From: a virus
Lineage: Duplodnaviria > Caudoviricetes
Length of the DNA stretch: 60,067 nt
Reading direction: 5' to 3' (one strand)
IMG/VR virus record: IMGVR_UViG_3300025894_001094
Span: 1 to 60,067 of that record
In this document: positions 55,545-60,067 of the stretch, in pieces
How positions within the stretch are numbered: position 1 is the stretch's first letter
How the letters are laid out: every line of letters starts with the position of its first letter
Made by a program: the position numbers and the translations under genes
The notes under the pieces: model-generated
Told to the model about the DNA's origin: nothing
The model's input: the letters and a program-made list of their open reading frames with translations, nothing else
Databases searched by the model: none

Positions 55545-57106
55545 ATCATGTCCACTTTATCTTCGAACAGTTCTTTTATTTTGGCAACATCAAAAATACG
55601 GTATGGAGTTTTCACATTAATACATGTAATGAAATCATCGTATTCTTTATTTATTGCATGGAGTAAAGAACCTTCCGCAATACTGGTTGATAAGTAAGTC
55701 CTTCCGTCATTACTAATAAGATGTTCCTTTAAAATCTCACGAGCATTATGTTTGAGTGATGGGTAATCTAAACTATCATGTAACAGTTGCATGTCGAAGG
55801 GAGGTTTAATATTGTCTGGAATTTTCTCGGAAGCAAGCATGAACTCTAATTGTTCGTAATCCTCCATACCGGACAGTTCATAGATTTTTGATTTGATATC
55901 AGGGTTTTTCACAACATCACAAAGAAATTTAATATTATATAAGTCGTGAACGAGTACTATTCCTCCGGATCTTATTGTCTCACATATTGCGTCTACATTT
56001 GGTTTTTGTTGTTCCGATGAACGTTTAAACCTTATACCTAATTTCAAAGCAGTGCTAAAAGAATATATCGCATTAGGATCAGGTTCCCATCCCAACTGTA
56101 ATGCCTTCCATAACCCCATGCCGTGAGTAACAGCAGAGTGAGAAAACTCTCTTTGAACCGAAGTATGACACCGTTTGTTACTTAGTTCTTGAAAAGTCTC
56201 TCTTATAATTTTACGGTTGTAGTCACGAGAACCAGTTAGAATTAAATGTCTACCATGCTCCCAAATCGCATCGTGTTCTTGTCGGACCACCTGACGAAAA
56301 TTTTTTGATGTTGCGAGTGACACTGTGTGACAATGAAATTTTTCTTGGTCTGCTGAATAAATTGCTTTTCGTTGAGCAGTAACATTGACATTACTTTTAA
56401 CTGGATTTCTTTGTGCTCTGTAATTATTTTTTTTCCACATTAAATAATCTGGAAGTGCTCTTTGTATGCTATTATAATTACGAACATAGGATTGAACCCA
56501 TTCTCGTGTATCGCTATCTAATGAGTAGGTGTACTGAGCAGCATGTGCTTCAACTTTGTCGATGTAATTAATTGAAAAATCCAGAGTGTCTTGTTCTGGT
56601 AGTATAATATTACTACATGTATGACCAATCCATTTTGTCATACTATTAGGTGATACTCTCCATCTTGGTATCGAGTAGTCTGTTAGTTTATTGTCCAAAA
56701 AACTTGCAGTAGCAAATCGAGACGAATCAATCTCTTCCCCAGCAGATATTACAAAAGCATCCTTTCTCATTTGTGAGTAGAAAGCAGAAAAGGCAAGGGC
56801 AAGATGGTGAGGGATTTCATTAGAAGTTACGATCTCAAAACTACGTAACGATTTGTTTTTATCTAAAAAGGTTTGTATCTCGATTAGACTGAGATCTATT
56901 GAAAACGATCTTCCGTCTGATTTGTTATATTCTTTATATACAACATGGGTCGGGTAACTCCAACCGTTCTTATCGACAAGGTCTTGTAGAATATCATTAT
57001 GCCAGCGATCAGAACGAAGGTCATTCAGTGTGGCATGTCTGCATCTTTCACCGTCAAATTGATTCACACTAGAATAAGGACCATTTGTTATGCTCCAAAT
57101 TATCAT
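55532..57106 (-). CDS. Degenerate carbamoyltransferase paralog
   Basis: IWSITNG..SSVNQF, EIPHHLALAFSAF, LILTGS..YN and ICETIRSGGIV mirror the upstream gene, but catalytic motifs are altered. Confidence 0.65.
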   Translation of the reverse strand: MIIWSITNGPYSSVNQFDGERCRHATLNDLRSDRWHNDILQDLVDKNGWSYPTHVVYKEYNKSDGRSFSIDLSLIEIQTFLDKNKSLRSFEIVTSNEIPHHLALAFSAFYSQMRKDAFVISAGEEIDSSRFATASFLDNKLTDYSIPRWRVSPNSMTKWIGHTCSNIILPEQDTLDFSINYIDKVEAHAAQYTYSLDSDTREWVQSYVRNYNSIQRALPDYLMWKKNNYRAQRNPVKSNVNVTAQRKAIYSADQEKFHCHTVSLATSKNFRQVVRQEHDAIWEHGRHLILTGSRDYNRKIIRETFQELSNKRCHTSVQREFSHSAVTHGMGLWKALQLGWEPDPNAIYSFSTALKLGIRFKRSSEQQKPNVDAICETIRSGGIVLVHDLYNIKFLCDVVKNPDIKSKIYELSGMEDYEQLEFMLASEKIPDNIKPPFDMQLLHDSLDYPSLKHNAREILKEHLISNDGRTYLSTSIAEGSLLHAINKEYDDFITCINVKTPYRIFDVAKIKELFEDKVDMICLQ

Positions 57107-57115
57107 AATATATTC

Positions 57116-58921
57116 TTACTTGTATAAATTTAGTTTTCCATCTTCATCTTTATATAGCACGTAATGAAGATCAGTGTGATCCAGAATTTTTAATGCATCT
57201 TCCCAAGTGTTTAAAATGGGATACCCCTGTACATTAAACGAAGTATTCAATAAAACGCTCTTTTCGATGCTCAACAAATCGTAAAGAAAAGGATTTGATT
57301 TTTCAGTAACTGTCTGCAATCGTGCAGTGTTGTCTACGTGAGTAATAGAAGGAAAGGTTTCTCTGTATTCAGGTCTAACATCAACAGTAAATGACATATG
57401 TTCTAGGTTGTCAAATGATCGAGACTCAAAAAACTTAGGAGCATCTTCTAGTCTGCACACCGGAGCAAAAGGACGGTACCATTCTCTATTTTTAATTTTA
57501 GCATTGATACGATCTCTCATATCCGGAAATGATGGGTCACACAATATAGAACGATTGCCCAATGCTCTCGGACCATTCTCTATTTGCCCTTGTATCAGAC
57601 CAATAATTTTTCCTGATTTCAAAATATCAGAAACTTCTTCGATGGTGACGGTTTCCGATTCTCTTTTTTCCATTCCTTTGGTTATAAAATTCAACTGAGA
57701 AAACCTTCTGGGTGGTCTATTGTCCGGATCATATCCCTTCCACCCTCTTTGCATTGCATACCAGCAAGAAAGACCAAAGGACAATCCTGAGTCTCCGGGA
57801 TCTGGTGGTATAAAAATGTTATAATCGGTATTTTCTCTAAGATACTGATTGGCAACCACATTTAAAGCACCGCCACCACATAGCACTAGATTGTTATCAT
57901 GTTCAACAATTTTATCTCTGATATGTTTGCTGGTGAAGTGTTCTAGGGTTGCTTCATTGGTAGCAGTCTGTAAAGCAGAAGCATGCTCTAACTCTTCTTC
58001 TGGTGTAAAGATTTGCTTTCTTTGCTTGCCCATTCTGCCATGCATAACTTTACCATCACCCAAAGCTTTATTAGGATGTAAATGATAGTCACCCTGATCG
58101 CCGTGTTCACCTATGCACCACTTGTCAAAATCCTCAACGCTAAGGATTAATTTTTTGTAATGCTCAACCAATTTTCTATTGGGATTTTGAACAATAGAAC
58201 TGAGACCCATCAGTTTACCAGCATAATCTAGGGTATCGATAGTTTCTGCTATCATTCTATGTGGCGTAATATGATGCGGCAAACAAAAACCTACTTGCCG
58301 AAAGGGTTGTGCACAACCACAAAACGAATCTTCTCTTTTGCTCTGAAAAAATGCAGTTGGGTCAACTAATGCGGGTTCATAGTATTCTACCAACTGATTG
58401 TTTTTGAAACATGATTCCCCATAATAAGTACCGTCTCCCAATCCATCAGTCGAGACTGCAAAAGCATTTTTGAACGGAGAACAGTGGTAAGCACTTAAAG
58501 CATGCATAGCGTGATGAGGTATTTCACCTGCGGTTGCCATATATCCAACCGTGGGTTTCTTTATGTCCCACCTTCTTGCATTTATGGACAACCATTTCCT
58601 CATCACATGAAATATTACTCCATTACCAAAATATGCTGAACTAGAGTTACTGACTGTGGTCTTAGATACAAAATGATCAGGGAAAGACCAACCATGAAAT
58701 CCAATTAAATCGTTTAACCATTTATCTACTTGATCATAGGTTTGAGCTTCGGTGAGATGTCGATCCCAAAAAGCATGTTTCTCATTTTTAATTTTTTCAA
58801 TTTCAACATTACGAGACTCCCCCGTTTCTATGTTGAATTGATTCAATGAGGAATCATGTCCATTATTTAACGACCATACGATTGAACCAACTGTTGGCAA
58901 TCCACGATTTGCATTTTCCAT
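57116..58921 (-). CDS. O-carbamoyltransferase (NodU/CmcH/TobZ family)
   Basis: PHHAMHA, DGLGD, AGKLMGL, GGGALN, PGDSG, GPRALGNRS, KNREWYRPFAP, HVDNTARLQTV, LNTSFN. Confidence 0.93.
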   Translation of the reverse strand: MENANRGLPTVGSIVWSLNNGHDSSLNQFNIETGESRNVEIEKIKNEKHAFWDRHLTEAQTYDQVDKWLNDLIGFHGWSFPDHFVSKTTVSNSSSAYFGNGVIFHVMRKWLSINARRWDIKKPTVGYMATAGEIPHHAMHALSAYHCSPFKNAFAVSTDGLGDGTYYGESCFKNNQLVEYYEPALVDPTAFFQSKREDSFCGCAQPFRQVGFCLPHHITPHRMIAETIDTLDYAGKLMGLSSIVQNPNRKLVEHYKKLILSVEDFDKWCIGEHGDQGDYHLHPNKALGDGKVMHGRMGKQRKQIFTPEEELEHASALQTATNEATLEHFTSKHIRDKIVEHDNNLVLCGGGALNVVANQYLRENTDYNIFIPPDPGDSGLSFGLSCWYAMQRGWKGYDPDNRPPRRFSQLNFITKGMEKRESETVTIEEVSDILKSGKIIGLIQGQIENGPRALGNRSILCDPSFPDMRDRINAKIKNREWYRPFAPVCRLEDAPKFFESRSFDNLEHMSFTVDVRPEYRETFPSITHVDNTARLQTVTEKSNPFLYDLLSIEKSVLLNTSFNVQGYPILNTWEDALKILDHTDLHYVLYKDEDGKLNLYK

Positions 58922-59068
58922 TTAATCAGTATCCATTGATTTCCAATGCTCATTAACATCTTCACCACACATGGGGCAAAATATCGGAAGTTCGTCTTCT
59001 TGACTCACTCTGATATTTATCTTAGAATCACAAGAAGGACAATTTAACGAAAAGTCAAAATCCTCCAC
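58922..59068 (-). CDS. Small zinc-ribbon protein (48 aa, GTG start; not in ORF track)
   Basis: CPSC...FCPMCG; start overlaps the RNR stop. Confidence 0.7.
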   Translation of the reverse strand: MEDFDFSLNCPSCDSKINIRVSQEDELPIFCPMCGEDVNEHWKSMDTD

Positions 59069-60066
59069 TAGACAATCTCGCAATTGCCAGCAGCACATGC
59101 TAGTTCTTGTGAACCGATCGTCATATCACTTGCTTCGTATTCTGCAAGATCTCCCCAATTAATATCTTTTGGCATCTGTGATAACATCTCTTTGTACTCG
59201 CTTTCATCACAATCTTGATAAGGTGCCTGTTTATATGTATGCTCAGAGAAGGGTAAGAACGACACACCGGACATGTAATCAAAGTTAGCATAAACCCAAG
59301 CACCCACTTCCATCCACTCGTTCTCTTTCACAGAGATCGTCACAGATGGTTTGTGTTCACACCAGTGCTTCTGATAGACCAACCACATCTCCAGTTGTTC
59401 AATAGCACTCATGTCCTGACGGAACACAGCACCTTTATCTACCTTGACAGGAAACGAGAACACTGATGTGTGCGAAGGGTTCATCTGATCGTCTTCAACA
59501 GGGAATCCCTTGTCCACCATGAACATCGTCAATGGGTCTTTCTTGTCGCCACGCACTGTACGAATATAATATGGGTTGTGACGCGCATGGATTCCTGACG
59601 CAGCATCAACTAACTGTGACACCGTACCTGATGGTTTGACACAGGTGATAGCAACGCTCTGGTTGATACCGAGTTTCTTTGACATCTCAGCATTGACCTT
59701 GACTGCTTCTGCTTTCAGTTCTTCTAGCAACGAGGGTAGATCACCGATCTTACCGTTGGTGTATTTGTTGTCCATGATACCAGTCATAGACACACCGAGC
59801 AATCGCTCCTCTTCACAGTTCTTCTTCCATCCTTTGGAGATGTATTTGAAGTTTACCAACGAAGACTGGAACGTGCCTAGAATAGTTGCGAGTCGCACTT
59901 TCTCAAGCAACGACTCGCGGGTGTCGCTCGCACGAACCACAACCTCAGAGAGATTACAGAACTCACGCGAGCGAAGAATGATCTCAGAACAAGGGTTGGT
60001 GCCAAACTCATGGTCACCCACCTCGCGTCGACCAGACTTCTCTGCCATCATATTGGCAGACTGACG
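59068..60066 (-). CDS. nrdJ: Class II (adenosylcobalamin-dependent) ribonucleotide reductase, C-terminal part; 5' end beyond the right edge
   Basis: GTNPCSEI, CNLSE, RLLGVSMTG, TCVKPSGT, WCEHKPSVT, YKQAPYQ, C-terminal ELACAAGNCEI; frame open to the edge. Confidence 0.92.
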   Translation of the reverse strand, partial: RQSANMMAEKSGRREVGDHEFGTNPCSEIILRSREFCNLSEVVVRASDTRESLLEKVRLATILGTFQSSLVNFKYISKGWKKNCEEERLLGVSMTGIMDNKYTNGKIGDLPSLLEELKAEAVKVNAEMSKKLGINQSVAITCVKPSGTVSQLVDAASGIHARHNPYYIRTVRGDKKDPLTMFMVDKGFPVEDDQMNPSHTSVFSFPVKVDKGAVFRQDMSAIEQLEMWLVYQKHWCEHKPSVTISVKENEWMEVGAWVYANFDYMSGVSFLPFSEHTYKQAPYQDCDESEYKEMLSQMPKDINWGDLAEYEASDMTIGSQELACAAGNCEIV

Positions 60067-60067
60067 G

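Noticed and set aside
1-60067. Alternative genetic code or stop-codon reassignment
   Set aside because: Core genes are full length under the standard code and end in TAA, TAG and TGA

Overview
A 60 kb segment of a T4-like myophage genome, most likely a marine phage of a heterotrophic proteobacterium (host is inference). 1-25.2 kb is a virion/baseplate module: a 10-aa-repeat protein running off the left edge, a VrlC/DUF4815-like protein, gp8, gp6, gp25, a gp5 split over several genes with two cell-wall hydrolases, gp53, gp48, then gp4, gp2, gp54, gp26, gp51 and a short tape-measure-like gene on the + strand. Several genes have TATAAATA late promoters. 25.2-36 kb holds gp32, gp33, UDP-glucose dehydrogenase, a DenV-like glycosylase, ThyX, an SNase, a nuclease-like/DGQH/adenine-methyltransferase module and small genes behind near-consensus sigma70 promoters. 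36-59 kb holds a heme oxygenase-PcyX-like-YbaN cassette and a ~20 kb glycan-biosynthesis island, interleaved with lysozyme, PhoH and a GIY-YIG gene. The window ends inside a class II RNR. The best leads are: (1) a -1 slippery site joining gp26 to an ATG-less gp51 just before the tape-measure-like gene, like lambda G/GT; (2) a five-member RxR(Y/W)D...GWxQxL paralog family in the glycan island; (3) a bilin cassette whose two enzymes lack canonical catalytic residues; (4) two enzyme plus degenerate-paralog pairs. All calls are by eye; no searches were run.
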